From the sequence record SRR20825010_4892: a stretch of DNA of 39,609 nt; one strand, 5' to 3'. A program made the translations under genes and the position numbers. Every line of letters begins with the position of its first letter. Position 1 is the stretch's first letter. This document shows, in pieces, positions 27,167-37,538 of the stretch. The notes beneath the pieces were generated by a model. It saw only the letters and a list, made by a program, of their open reading frames with translations, was not told the origin of the DNA and ran no database searches.

Positions 27167-30100
27167 TCAGAAATCGTAACCTATTGATATTTGAAGTTTA
27201 GGATTTCCTACTTCGAAATCTCGGATCGGCCAAGCCACGTCCAGTCTTGAGAAAAAGCCAAAAAGCATAGTTCTCATTCCCACTCCAGTGCTTTGCAACC
27301 AAGGGTTACTAAAGTCATTAATTACACCGGAAAAAGGTGAGCCAGGTAGTGCAATATCTTCGGTATTCACATCATTTCGAGCGTTAAAGGCGGAAATTTC
27401 GTACCAAGCTGAGCCAACGTCATAAAAGCCAAGAAACATAAGATTCCTAATAAAGCTTGATTTAGTCTCAGCTGTAGCTAAAAATTGATTTACTGGCAGC
27501 CTAAGTTCTCCTGAGAAGGTCAAAACAGTACTTCCTTGAAACGTATTATAAGAATAACCTCTTAGGTTAGTAAATTGGTTAAATAGTATATCGCTGTTGT
27601 CATTAAGACTTTGCAAAATAAAAGGATCGGGCTCGGTCCCTTCTACAGTTTCACGTTTATTAAATGCCCAGTTATCTACTCCACCTAGTAAGTAAGCCTT
27701 AGGTGCCTTTCCGCCATAATGACCAAAGAATAACCTCCCTGCCAGATAAACTCCTTTGGTAATTCTTTCATAATGACGAACATCCGCTTCAATTTTGTTA
27801 AAGCCCACCGCATTTTTATTCAGTTTTGAATGAGATTCGAAACTGAGTTTAGCCCTTGTTCCCTCGTGTATATTCACACCTCCTGTCAAGCTATTATCAA
27901 AAACAACACTCGTCTTAAGCCCCAAATAATTCGCTGTTTTTTCCGCCTCAATTCCAGCAGGTGCATTAAGCAACAGAAGATAGTCTAAATCTATATATCT
28001 GGTTTGTTCAAAAAAAGGATTGACTTCAAACCTGAGATAAGGACTATAAGGCAATGCAGCGCCAAGTTCGAATCTATTGAGGTTATAGCGCTGCGACTGA
28101 GGAGTAGTATTATCCCTTAGGACAATGGATTTTCGATAATACTTAGCTTTTACATCAATCGCCTCCTTGAGGTAGTCGTACTCTAAAAAAACATCATATC
28201 CACTATTGAAATTGTAGGGGATCAATGCTCCTCCATGAAACCTATGATTTTCTAAATAGTCATTCATTTGAATTTCTAATAACTGAGAAAAAGCCCTCAA
28301 TTCGTCAATTACAAATGATGTTACAATATTATTGGTTTGAAAGCGGGATTCGTATACTGCAGGACCCTCTATTGTATTTTTTATTCCTCTATTTTGGTAA
28401 AGGCTCAAAAAAGACCTATTCGATCCCTGATCATCAGACACTGGTGTTTCAAACTTATAATCCTTAGAATTTACCCTAGACTCATTTTTGAATACATAGT
28501 TTTCTGTATCAATTGCACCTATTTTCAAAGAATCAATTTGTGGCTGCTTTGGTATTTCTGAAATTTTCAGAGCCTTTTCAAGACTATCAGTATTCTCTGT
28601 ATTCAACAATCTCTTTCTCCTGATTTCAGTGAGTATACGAATACTCTCAAGTTCCCTTCTAGGTGTTACAGGCGTAAATACATGCTGAATATTACTCAAG
28701 TTTTCCAGGTAAATCACATCCTTAGAATCAATAGTAGAAATAAAAGCAATTCGATTATTATTGGGGTCGAGGGCAAACTCCTTAATTCCAAAGCTATAAT
28801 TACTCATTTGCTTACTGATCGAATCGTTGATCGTATGTAAATAAAGATTATTTACCCCCTGTTGATCACTCAAATAATAAACTTCATTTAGGCTCTTAGC
28901 AACAGGGTTCGATTCAATAGAAAGAGAGTTGGTTAACTTACCATAAACACTATCTACCAAGTCCAAATCATAAGTAAATACATTAAACTGGTTGGATTCA
29001 ACATCTTTCAAAGCAGCTGGCCCTTCTACATAAACACTATCACTAGGTCGGTTTGAAACAAACAATACCACATTGGATTCGGGCAAAAAGCTAATATCTC
29101 GATCATCATAGTTATCATTGGAAACTCTTCTGATTGTGCCTCTATTCACCAAAAACAAATAAGCGTCACTCTTACCATTGACCACTCCAGTTAAAGCAGC
29201 CAACCTCCCACCTTGCTTAAATTCAAAACTCTGAATTTGCTCCACAGTGGGAATAACTAAAACTTGTTGTCCTTTTGCTCCAACTCTCTTTATTGTTACT
29301 GTATTCCTGCCTTCGGTATTGGCTACAATGCCCAAAGTAAATTCATCCACCCAACTCAAGAGGGGGTAATTATCGTTTACCTCTTGGCTTAATAGTTTCA
29401 TTCCTCCTTTATAAATCACCTCCTCTTCTTGCGAAGCCATATTGATCACTCGAACTTCATACTTCCCTTTGTCAAAGACGGCATAAGCCAGCAATGAACC
29501 TTCACCATTAAATTTCAAATGGCTTATGACCGATGTTCTGGAACGATTACTAGAAATGACTTGTGTTTCTGGAAGCCTTTTATAACTCTCTAAAATTCGA
29601 GCATTCATTTGGGAGTAATAGGCTTTCCACCCTATCATGAAGTCTTTATAAGGAACTCCCAATGTCTTGGAAATACTGCTCTCTTCGTCTTTAACTATTC
29701 TGGCTAAGTTCAGAATGTTTGAAATATCTCTTTTACCATAGGTTTGGGCAATGAAACTCCAAATGGACTGACCTAATAGTAAATTGACTTCCTTACTTAA
29801 TTTTGAAAATTTGGCTGGCTGATCCTGAGAAACATATTCTCTCGCCATATCGTCAGACTCCTTTGTCCATCCATAGGCTACATAGGCAGAAATACCATCG
29901 ATAAACCAATTGGGGATTGGTGATGAAAAAGAAGATTGAAACATCTCAGCCAAGTTTCCTCCAAACCACATTTCTTCTACCAATATTTTGGTAAAATTAA
30001 AAGTCAACTCCTTTTTAAAAGAAGTGTAATCACCTGAAAAAGCAATCTCAACTTGAGATTTCACAAAATCAGTTTGACCGCCAATAGTAAAATCATCTCC

Positions 30101-30433
30101 TCTTACACCTACATTGCTCTGCTGCTTTTCTGCGATGGAATTATATAAAAATATTCTTGTCTGAGAGTATGGAAAAAAACCAATGGTTTCGGTTACCCTA
30201 CTAAATTCAGACTCTAAATAGGCTATCGATTTTTTGGCCAAATCTTCACCACCTTCATAAAAATAAACCTCAAAATTGTTAGACTTTAAATATTGCCAAT
30301 CGAAGTATTTGTATTGAATTCGGTTCTGCCCATACTCTTCACGATATACCTGCGCCTCAGCACAAAAAGGAATCGACAAAAAGCCTATGATTAAAAAGGC
30401 TGATATGAATGGATTACGTCCAGATTTAAGCAT
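27167..30433 (-). CDS. Peptidase-MA-like / TolB(PD40) propeller / Omp85(BamA/TamA)-type barrel outer membrane protein
   Basis: Signal peptide, YGQNRIQYK N-terminus, PNWFIDG segment, PD40-like repeats (DDRDISFLPESNVVLFVSNR), LRGY lid-lock-like motif, GFYDVGSAW, terminal Phe (ISIGYDF). Confidence 0.72.
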   Translation of the reverse strand: MLKSGRNPFISAFLIIGFLSIPFCAEAQVYREEYGQNRIQYKYFDWQYLKSNNFEVYFYEGGEDLAKKSIAYLESEFSRVTETIGFFPYSQTRIFLYNSIAEKQQSNVGVRGDDFTIGGQTDFVKSQVEIAFSGDYTSFKKELTFNFTKILVEEMWFGGNLAEMFQSSFSSPIPNWFIDGISAYVAYGWTKESDDMAREYVSQDQPAKFSKLSKEVNLLLGQSIWSFIAQTYGKRDISNILNLARIVKDEESSISKTLGVPYKDFMIGWKAYYSQMNARILESYKRLPETQVISSNRSRTSVISHLKFNGEGSLLAYAVFDKGKYEVRVINMASQEEEVIYKGGMKLLSQEVNDNYPLLSWVDEFTLGIVANTEGRNTVTIKRVGAKGQQVLVIPTVEQIQSFEFKQGGRLAALTGVVNGKSDAYLFLVNRGTIRRVSNDNYDDRDISFLPESNVVLFVSNRPSDSVYVEGPAALKDVESNQFNVFTYDLDLVDSVYGKLTNSLSIESNPVAKSLNEVYYLSDQQGVNNLYLHTINDSISKQMSNYSFGIKEFALDPNNNRIAFISTIDSKDVIYLENLSNIQHVFTPVTPRRELESIRILTEIRRKRLLNTENTDSLEKALKISEIPKQPQIDSLKIGAIDTENYVFKNESRVNSKDYKFETPVSDDQGSNRSFLSLYQNRGIKNTIEGPAVYESRFQTNNIVTSFVIDELRAFSQLLEIQMNDYLENHRFHGGALIPYNFNSGYDVFLEYDYLKEAIDVKAKYYRKSIVLRDNTTPQSQRYNLNRFELGAALPYSPYLRFEVNPFFEQTRYIDLDYLLLLNAPAGIEAEKTANYLGLKTSVVFDNSLTGGVNIHEGTRAKLSFESHSKLNKNAVGFNKIEADVRHYERITKGVYLAGRLFFGHYGGKAPKAYLLGGVDNWAFNKRETVEGTEPDPFILQSLNDNSDILFNQFTNLRGYSYNTFQGSTVLTFSGELRLPVNQFLATAETKSSFIRNLMFLGFYDVGSAWYEISAFNARNDVNTEDIALPGSPFSGVINDFSNPWLQSTGVGMRTMLFGFFSRLDVAWPIRDFEVGNPKLQISIGYDF

Positions 30434-30457
30434 ATATCTTCTTTTCAGAAAAGGCTG

Positions 30458-31510
30458 TTAATATAACGAAAAAAATCGCTCAATATTGACCTCATCATCT
30501 ATTCTGCCAGTCTCTGTTAAAAGCCGAGTGAGCTGCATAGCGTAATAAGGAATTAGAGAAACCCCTTTCGTGCCAAATCCATTAAAAGAGACCAAACTTT
30601 TAAATTCAGGATGTTGACCGATTATTGGTTTTCTATCTTTTGTCGCAGGCCTAACGCCAGCCAACTGATACTCAATTTCATAAGAAAATTTGACCAGTTC
30701 GTTCAATTTATGTACTAACACATTTTTTGCCTCAATGGTTGGGTTTTCATCTAAATTTTGATGGTCGTAAGTTGAACCTACTTTGCAAATCCCGTTTCCT
30801 AAAGGAATAACAAAAACACCTCTGTTATGAATTACCCTTAAATCTTCCTCCGACTTGATCATAAGGAGTTCGCCTTTCACAGGCCTTAACGGTATCCACC
30901 CAAAATATTGTTGTTCAAGTGATTTATGCCCATTACAGAAAATCACCGACTTGCACTTTATACCCTGATAACTGGCGAAACCCTCTTCCAGCTTTAAATC
31001 GGTAGGATTAAAATACATTTGTGTTAAACTCTTTTTTTCCTCCAGAAATACTCTTGAAGCATCCAAAAGTTTACCTGTATCCACAAAACCAGATTGATTT
31101 AACAGAATCCCTCCAAAATCATCGTTCACTTGATTTCCGTAGGCCGAACTATTATGTACTGCCTTTACATACGAAGAATAATCAATGTCAGCGCTTTTGC
31201 CCATCCATTCATTCAGTTCTTCAGGAGAAATAAATGGTCGATAAATAGGAATATCATTGACGAAATTGGCTTCTAATTGTTGTTGAAGCTTAGGGTAATA
31301 ATCTGTCAGGTAACCGAATAGGCTATCTGCATTCCAAGTTTTGACCATCTTACGACCAGTCACTGGATTATAAAGTCCTCCTGCAATTTTGGAAGAATTG
31401 GAAAGCAATGGATCATCAAAAACCATCACACTACAACCCGCATTTATCAGGTGATTGGCTAAGATACTTCCAGCCAATCCCTGCCCCACCAGAATATAAT
31501 CCACTAACAT
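30458..31510 (-). CDS. FAD-dependent oxidoreductase (DAO/glycine oxidase family)
   Basis: VGQGLAG dinucleotide-binding motif, PVKGELL, AGVRPATKDRKPIIG, NGFGTKG. Confidence 0.87.
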   Translation of the reverse strand: MLVDYILVGQGLAGSILANHLINAGCSVMVFDDPLLSNSSKIAGGLYNPVTGRKMVKTWNADSLFGYLTDYYPKLQQQLEANFVNDIPIYRPFISPEELNEWMGKSADIDYSSYVKAVHNSSAYGNQVNDDFGGILLNQSGFVDTGKLLDASRVFLEEKKSLTQMYFNPTDLKLEEGFASYQGIKCKSVIFCNGHKSLEQQYFGWIPLRPVKGELLMIKSEEDLRVIHNRGVFVIPLGNGICKVGSTYDHQNLDENPTIEAKNVLVHKLNELVKFSYEIEYQLAGVRPATKDRKPIIGQHPEFKSLVSFNGFGTKGVSLIPYYAMQLTRLLTETGRIDDEVNIERFFSLY

Positions 31511-31581
31511 TGGCCGAATTTAAACCAACATTTTTTGAATAATGGCTATTATTAAATGAAATTTGAGCAAAACAGTATTTT

Positions 31582-32229
31582 ATGATCAAGATCAAGCCAT
31601 TCACTTTTAACCCCTTTATGGAAAACACCTATGTTTTGTTTGACGAAACGAAGGAAGCGGTAATCATAGACCCCGGTTGTTATGAGAAGGAAGAAGAAGC
31701 CGAATTGGTTAAATTTATTGAAAGTGAAGGCCTCAAAGTGAAATCACTCTTGAATACACATGGTCATATCGACCATGTTTTAGGCAATGATTTTGTAAAA
31801 AGAAAATTCAAAGTTGATCTCGTTATCGGTGAACATGATGAAGAAACGCTTCGATCTGTAGGTGTCTATGCGGCCAATTATGGTTTTCAGAATTACACTC
31901 CAGCTCAACCTGACAAATTTTTAAAGGAAGGAGATACTGTAAAATTTGGCAAAAGTGCATTAAAAGTACACTTCACCCCTGGTCATGCCCCCGGCCATAT
32001 TATTTTTGTAAACGAAGAAGAAAACGTTTGTATTGGTGGCGATGTACTCTTTGAGGGGAGTATCGGAAGAACAGATTTACCCGGTGGCGATTTGGATACG
32101 CTAATCAAGAGTATTCACTCCAAGCTCTTTAAGTTTGATGATGACATGGTAGTTTACCCTGGGCATGGCGGCCCAACAAGCATTGGAGATGAGAAAGCCA
32201 ACAACCCTTTTTGCGCTATTAAAAAATAA
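31582..32229 (+). CDS. MBL-fold metallo-hydrolase (glyoxalase II/GloC-like)
   Basis: THGHIDH, TPGHAPGH, GDVLFEGSIGRTDLPGG, YPGHG. Confidence 0.92.
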   Translation: MIKIKPFTFNPFMENTYVLFDETKEAVIIDPGCYEKEEEAELVKFIESEGLKVKSLLNTHGHIDHVLGNDFVKRKFKVDLVIGEHDEETLRSVGVYAANYGFQNYTPAQPDKFLKEGDTVKFGKSALKVHFTPGHAPGHIIFVNEEENVCIGGDVLFEGSIGRTDLPGGDLDTLIKSIHSKLFKFDDDMVVYPGHGGPTSIGDEKANNPFCAIKK

Positions 32230-32232
32230 CCA

Positions 32233-32931
32233 TTGGAACCGATCAAAAAAGCAATCCCTAACCTGTTTACCCTAGCGAATTTAAGCTGCGGAACAGTCGG
32301 TATTATTCTTTCTTTTCAGGGAGGAATTGAAACTGCATGTTATCTAATTTGGCTGGCTGCTGGCTTCGATTTCCTAGACGGATTTTTAGCTAGAATCCTC
32401 AAAGCGCAATCCGAAATCGGCAAGCAACTGGATTCTTTAGCTGATTTAATCACTTTCGGTTTACTGCCAGCCATTTTGTATTACCATATGCTTGTGGGTA
32501 AAATAGACTCGCCTCTCGAATATGCTGGTGTACTCATTGCAGTTTTCTCTGCCTTGCGCTTGGCTAAATTCAATGTTGACGAAAATCAAACCACGAGCTT
32601 TACGGGTTTAACCACCACAGCAAACGGAATTTTCACAAGCACTCTCCCTTTAATCATTATTAGTGATACTTTTATGAGTAGCTTTCTAGCTAACGAATGG
32701 GTGCTTTTTACTTGTGCTATTGTCTTTTCATTATTAATGGTTGCCCCCGTTACATTACTTTCTTTTAAGTTTTCAAATTTTACAGTAAAAGACAATTGGC
32801 CACGTTTTCTACTGATTCTCTTGAGTATTGCACTCATTGTAATTTTCAAAATTGCCGCAGTACCTTTAATCATTTTTGTCTATCTTTTGCTTTCGCTGCT
32901 CACTCAGCCCGCTCATAAGAAAATTGCTTAA
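32233..32931 (+). CDS. pssA: CDP-diacylglycerol--serine O-phosphatidyltransferase
   Basis: IPNLFTLANL, DFLDGFLAR...GKQLDSLAD, ALRLAKFN; TTG start. Confidence 0.85.
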   Translation: MEPIKKAIPNLFTLANLSCGTVGIILSFQGGIETACYLIWLAAGFDFLDGFLARILKAQSEIGKQLDSLADLITFGLLPAILYYHMLVGKIDSPLEYAGVLIAVFSALRLAKFNVDENQTTSFTGLTTTANGIFTSTLPLIIISDTFMSSFLANEWVLFTCAIVFSLLMVAPVTLLSFKFSNFTVKDNWPRFLLILLSIALIVIFKIAAVPLIIFVYLLLSLLTQPAHKKIA

Positions 32932-32951
32932 ATAACGTTGAGTCCCAAGGA

Positions 32952-35900
32952 ATGGCCAGTCGATTACGATCAAAACATATCTTGCTCATTGCCTTTTTTA
33001 TTCAGGTATTTGTTGGAAACACAATTGCTCAAACCTCCGGTGTTTTAGCCACTGGCAAATGGGTGAAAATGAGCTTTGCGAAGGAAGGTATTTATCGCAT
33101 TGATCAAAACACATTAAGTCAAATGGGTTTTGACATCGGCTCGATCAATCCTCAGAACATTGCCATTTATGGGGCCAAAGGAGGAATGCTTCCGCAAGGC
33201 ATTGCATCACAAAGAGAAGGACTAAAAGAAACTTCCATCTTTGTTTCCGGAGAATCCGATGCTATTTTCAACTCAGGTGATTACATCCTCTTTTATGTAG
33301 ACCGTGTAAATGAACTCCAGTTCACCCAAGCAACTAAAACCTTTGAATCCATTCAAAACCTCTATGCAGATGAAGTTCATTACTTCATTACCGTAAAAAA
33401 CACCACAGGACTGCGTATTGTTACTAATCCTAATTTAGGCGCAAGCCTTCCAGAGGTAAGCACTTTCAATAAAATCATTCGGCACGAACTGGACATCAAA
33501 AATATCTTAGGCTCTGGCCGCAAATGGTATGGAGAAAGTTTCAATTCAAACAATGAATTGACTTTCAGTTTTCCTTTGTCCAATGTGGCACCTAATGATC
33601 AAATAAAATTCGGCATTGAAGCTCTAAGTCAAGCATTTAATGCCACCTCGATCACTGCCGAAGCAAACGATCAATCCATAGGACAATTGAGTTTTTCCGC
33701 AATTCCAGACTCTCGGTATGGCGTTAAAGGAAATGAAAAATCGGATGTGTTCAACATAAGCACTTCTAGCCTTTCTGGCTCAAATCAATTCAACCTTAAA
33801 CTTACTTTTGATCAAGATGGGGCTAGTAATGCGGTGGCCTATCTCAGCCATTTCCTCATTGATATCCCAACTAGCCTTTATTATGCAGGTGAATCCGTTA
33901 TTTTCAGAAGCGTCAAGTCTTTGAGCCAACCCATAACAACTTTCAAGGTATCAGGAGCGAATCAGAACCTGATGGTTTGGGATGTAACCGATCCACTTGC
34001 AGTTCAGAATCAATCGTCTAGTTTGAACGGGACGGAATTACGTTTTGGCGCTTTTTCAGATCAACTTCATGAATACGTCATGTTTGAAGCTAGACTTCAA
34101 CCTCTTCCTACAAAGTTTGCAGCGCTTTCAAATCAAAACTTATATGGAAGTTCCACGCCAGACATGGTCATCATTTCGGCACCAGATTTTTTGGCTGAAG
34201 CCGAACGTTTAGCTTCTTTTAGAAGAAGTGAGGATGGCCTCTCTGTATTGGTGGCCACCCCTCAACAAGTGTACAATGAGTTTTCTGCTGGAAGACAAGA
34301 CATAACAGCCATCCGTGATTTCATGCGCCACTTGAAGTTACAAAATGATCAACTCAAGTATTTACTGCTTTTTGGTAAAGGCTCTTACGATTACAAAAGT
34401 AGAATTGAAAACAACTCCAACTTTGTCCCTACCTATGAATCCAGAAGTTCAATTCACCCACTGACCTCCTATTCTTCTGATGATTACTTTGGTTTTTTAG
34501 AAGACGATGAAGGTGAATGGGCCGAAAGCAGAGCAGGTGACCATACGTCAGACATTGGAATAGGTCGAATTCCAAGTACCACTTTAGCACAAGCCAAGAC
34601 CGCTGTTGATAAAATTATTAATTATCAAACCTCTTCAGCAAGCATTGGAGATTGGAGGCGTAGGTTGGTTTTTGTTGCCGATGATGGTGACAATAATTTA
34701 CACCAGCGAGATGCTGATCAATTGGCTACGCTAGTCGACACCACTTATGCAGGCTTTAATGTGCGAAAAATATACCTCGATGCTTACGAGCAAATCAGAT
34801 CTCCCAACGGGGAGTCATCACCCAAAGCTGAGAAGGCCTTACTAGATGCTGTTGAACAAGGCGTTTTGATCATGAATTTCACCGGGCATGGTGCAGAAAC
34901 GGGGTGGATGCAGGAAAGAATTCTAACCACCCAGTCCATTGACGATTGGAAAAACATTAATCGACTACCTTTATTAGTAACCGCCACATGTGAATTTGCC
35001 AGAAACGATGACCCCACTATTTTTTCTGGTGCCGAAAAAATAATCTTCAAAGAAGATGGCGGAGCAATCGCTTTAGTGGCCACCGCACGTCCTGTGTTTT
35101 CTTCTTCTAACTACGCGTTGAACCTTGCACTTTACAAAACCATTCTAGAACAACCCAATGGTGATTTTCAAAGGCTTGGCGATATCATTCAATTCACTAA
35201 AAACAACGCGCTGAATGGAGCAAATAACCGAAACTTCATTCTCTTAGGTGATCCGAGTATGCGCTTGGCTTACCCTAAAAATGAAATCAGTATTACGCGA
35301 ATCAATGGTAAATCACCTGCTACCAAAGCCGATACACTTAGCGCACTAGAAAGGGTGAGAATTGAAGGGAAAATTGAATCCAATGGCCAACAAATAGAAA
35401 CCTTTAATGGCGAGCTCACTTTCAGTCTGTTCGACAAACGAAACACTTTGCAAACGATTGGTACTGAAAGTAATAAATTCGAATATTTGGAGCGAAATAG
35501 TCAACTTTTCAATGGTCAAGCATCAGTAACCAATGGAGCCTTCACCATTGAGTTTGTAGTGCCTAAAAACATAAATTATCAATATGGAAGCGGGAAAATG
35601 AGCATGTATGCATTAAATAACACTAGCCCTGAAGATGCTTTTGGAGCTAAAATCGATTTCATACTCGGAGGCACGGCCAAAAGTCTTTACGAAGACAATA
35701 CCCCACCTAGTATCAGGACTTTTATAAATGACTCTACTCGTGTTATCAAACCAGTGGCAAAACGTGATGCAACGCTCATTCTTAAATTATTCGATGAAAG
35801 CGGCATCAATATATCAGAAAATGGCATTGGTCAAAACCTTTCAGTTAGGCTTAACGATTCGATCACTCACAATTTAAATAGTTATTATAATGCTGATAAA

Positions 35901-36350
35901 GATAACTTCAGAAAAGGAGAAGCCCTGTTTCCGATGCGAGACTTACCTTTAGGTATCAACACTTTAGAGGTTAGAGTCTGGGACAACTACAATAACCTGA
36001 CTAAGGAAATGATAGAATTTACAGTGACGGATGAAAATTCCACAATCATCACAGAAATAAACAGCTACCCTAACCCGTTGATAGAGAATACCACTTTCAA
36101 TATTTCGCATAATAGCGCAGGCGAACCATTGGGTTTGTGGATTGAGATCATAAATGCTCAAGGAGAGAAAGTTATTTCAATCCATTCAGATATTGAAGTG
36201 GGCTCGAATACTGAAAGTATTGGATGGAATGGTTTAGACAATTCAGGGGTTAAATTGAGTAAAGGAGTCTATGTATACAATGTGGTTTTAATATCTAAAA
36301 ACAACGGAAAAACGTACACCAAGCGCAAAAAACTTATTATTTCATATTAG
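32952..36350 (+). CDS. porU: Type IX secretion sortase PorU (peptidase C25)
   Basis: SGVLATGKWVK N-terminus, YSSDDYFG, catalytic FTGHG and TATCEF, LLGDP; C-terminal T9SS CTD-like segment (YPNP...KGVYVY...KKLII); directly upstream of porV. Confidence 0.92.
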   Translation: MASRLRSKHILLIAFFIQVFVGNTIAQTSGVLATGKWVKMSFAKEGIYRIDQNTLSQMGFDIGSINPQNIAIYGAKGGMLPQGIASQREGLKETSIFVSGESDAIFNSGDYILFYVDRVNELQFTQATKTFESIQNLYADEVHYFITVKNTTGLRIVTNPNLGASLPEVSTFNKIIRHELDIKNILGSGRKWYGESFNSNNELTFSFPLSNVAPNDQIKFGIEALSQAFNATSITAEANDQSIGQLSFSAIPDSRYGVKGNEKSDVFNISTSSLSGSNQFNLKLTFDQDGASNAVAYLSHFLIDIPTSLYYAGESVIFRSVKSLSQPITTFKVSGANQNLMVWDVTDPLAVQNQSSSLNGTELRFGAFSDQLHEYVMFEARLQPLPTKFAALSNQNLYGSSTPDMVIISAPDFLAEAERLASFRRSEDGLSVLVATPQQVYNEFSAGRQDITAIRDFMRHLKLQNDQLKYLLLFGKGSYDYKSRIENNSNFVPTYESRSSIHPLTSYSSDDYFGFLEDDEGEWAESRAGDHTSDIGIGRIPSTTLAQAKTAVDKIINYQTSSASIGDWRRRLVFVADDGDNNLHQRDADQLATLVDTTYAGFNVRKIYLDAYEQIRSPNGESSPKAEKALLDAVEQGVLIMNFTGHGAETGWMQERILTTQSIDDWKNINRLPLLVTATCEFARNDDPTIFSGAEKIIFKEDGGAIALVATARPVFSSSNYALNLALYKTILEQPNGDFQRLGDIIQFTKNNALNGANNRNFILLGDPSMRLAYPKNEISITRINGKSPATKADTLSALERVRIEGKIESNGQQIETFNGELTFSLFDKRNTLQTIGTESNKFEYLERNSQLFNGQASVTNGAFTIEFVVPKNINYQYGSGKMSMYALNNTSPEDAFGAKIDFILGGTAKSLYEDNTPPSIRTFINDSTRVIKPVAKRDATLILKLFDESGINISENGIGQNLSVRLNDSITHNLNSYYNADKDNFRKGEALFPMRDLPLGINTLEVRVWDNYNNLTKEMIEFTVTDENSTIITEINSYPNPLIENTTFNISHNSAGEPLGLWIEIINAQGEKVISIHSDIEVGSNTESIGWNGLDNSGVKLSKGVYVYNVVLISKNNGKTYTKRKKLIISY

Positions 36351-36381
36351 TTTTATAATAGTATCTTTGAAAAAAAATTAC

Positions 36382-37533
36382 ATGAAAATTAACATTAGGA
36401 TCGTAGCAATCCTGGTATTAGCCGTCATTTTTTCGCTTCCAGTTATCGCCCAAAACTCTGGGGTAATTTCAGGACAGGACACCAAGAAGAACGTAATCAC
36501 TACCGCGGTTCCTTTTCTAACAATTGCTCCAGACCCAATTTCGGGGGCGATGGGGGATGTAGGAGCAGCCACTGCACCTAATTCTAATACGATCCACTGG
36601 AACCCTGCGAAACTTGCTTTCAATAATAATGATTATGGTTTTGCTTTCTCATACACGCCTTGGTTAAGCAAGTTTGTTGACGATATGTCAATCTCTTACC
36701 TGTCGGGCTACAAAAAAATAGATGACAATCAGGCTTTTGGAATGGCCCTTACCTATTTTGATTTGGGAGACATTCAGCTTACTGATGGAGTTGGTAATAA
36801 TCTTCAGGTGATTAATCCAAGAGAATTCTCTATTGCTGGAACCTACTCACGAAAGTTGAGCAACGACTTAAGTATTGGTGTTACAGGGAAGTTTATTCAC
36901 TCTAACCTTTCTGGAAACATAACCACGAGTCCAGTAATGGATCCAAAACCAGGCACCAGTATTGCCGCTGATATTGGAGTGTATTATAAAACTGAAATGA
37001 ATGTTTTAGATAAGCAAAGTCAGCTTTCATTTGGTGGTATCATTTCAAATATTGGTGCTAAAATTTCATACAACACAGCCGATGAGGAAGATTTTATTCC
37101 AACCAATTTAAGGTTAGGAGCTGCACTAGCCAGCTTTCTTGACCCGTACAACAAAATCACTTTTGCTTTAGACTTTAATAAATTGATGGTACCAACCCCT
37201 CAGGCGGATGGTAGTCACAGAGATAAGTCCTTAATTGGGGGTATGTTTGGTTCCTTTGCTGATGCGCCAAATGGCTTTAATGAGGAACTTCAAGAAATCA
37301 TGATTTCTTTTGGGACGGAATACGAATACAAAGAAGCTTTTGCATTAAGGGCTGGGTATTTTTCAGAGCATCAAAACAAAGGAAATCGGAAGTATTTCAC
37401 CATGGGTGTGGGCTTTAAAGTTAAAAAATTAGGAATTGACTTTGCTTATTTGGTTCCTACATTACAGGAACATCCTTTGGCTGAAACCTTGCGTTTTGGA
37501 CTTACTTACAACCTTGATAAAAAAGCCAAATAA
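36382..37533 (+). CDS. porV: Type IX secretion outer membrane shuttle PorV
   Basis: ITTAVPFLTIAPD...AMGDVG, WNPAKLAF, SYTPWL, KGNRKYFT, HPLAETLRF. ATG 36382 lies downstream of a TATCTTTG box at 36362-36369. Confidence 0.95.
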   Translation: MKINIRIVAILVLAVIFSLPVIAQNSGVISGQDTKKNVITTAVPFLTIAPDPISGAMGDVGAATAPNSNTIHWNPAKLAFNNNDYGFAFSYTPWLSKFVDDMSISYLSGYKKIDDNQAFGMALTYFDLGDIQLTDGVGNNLQVINPREFSIAGTYSRKLSNDLSIGVTGKFIHSNLSGNITTSPVMDPKPGTSIAADIGVYYKTEMNVLDKQSQLSFGGIISNIGAKISYNTADEEDFIPTNLRLGAALASFLDPYNKITFALDFNKLMVPTPQADGSHRDKSLIGGMFGSFADAPNGFNEELQEIMISFGTEYEYKEAFALRAGYFSEHQNKGNRKYFTMGVGFKVKKLGIDFAYLVPTLQEHPLAETLRFGLTYNLDKKAK

Positions 37534-37538
37534 AACGA

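Noticed and set aside
31582..32229. Metallo-beta-lactamase resistance gene
   Set aside because: No signal peptide; motifs match housekeeping glyoxalase II-like hydrolases.
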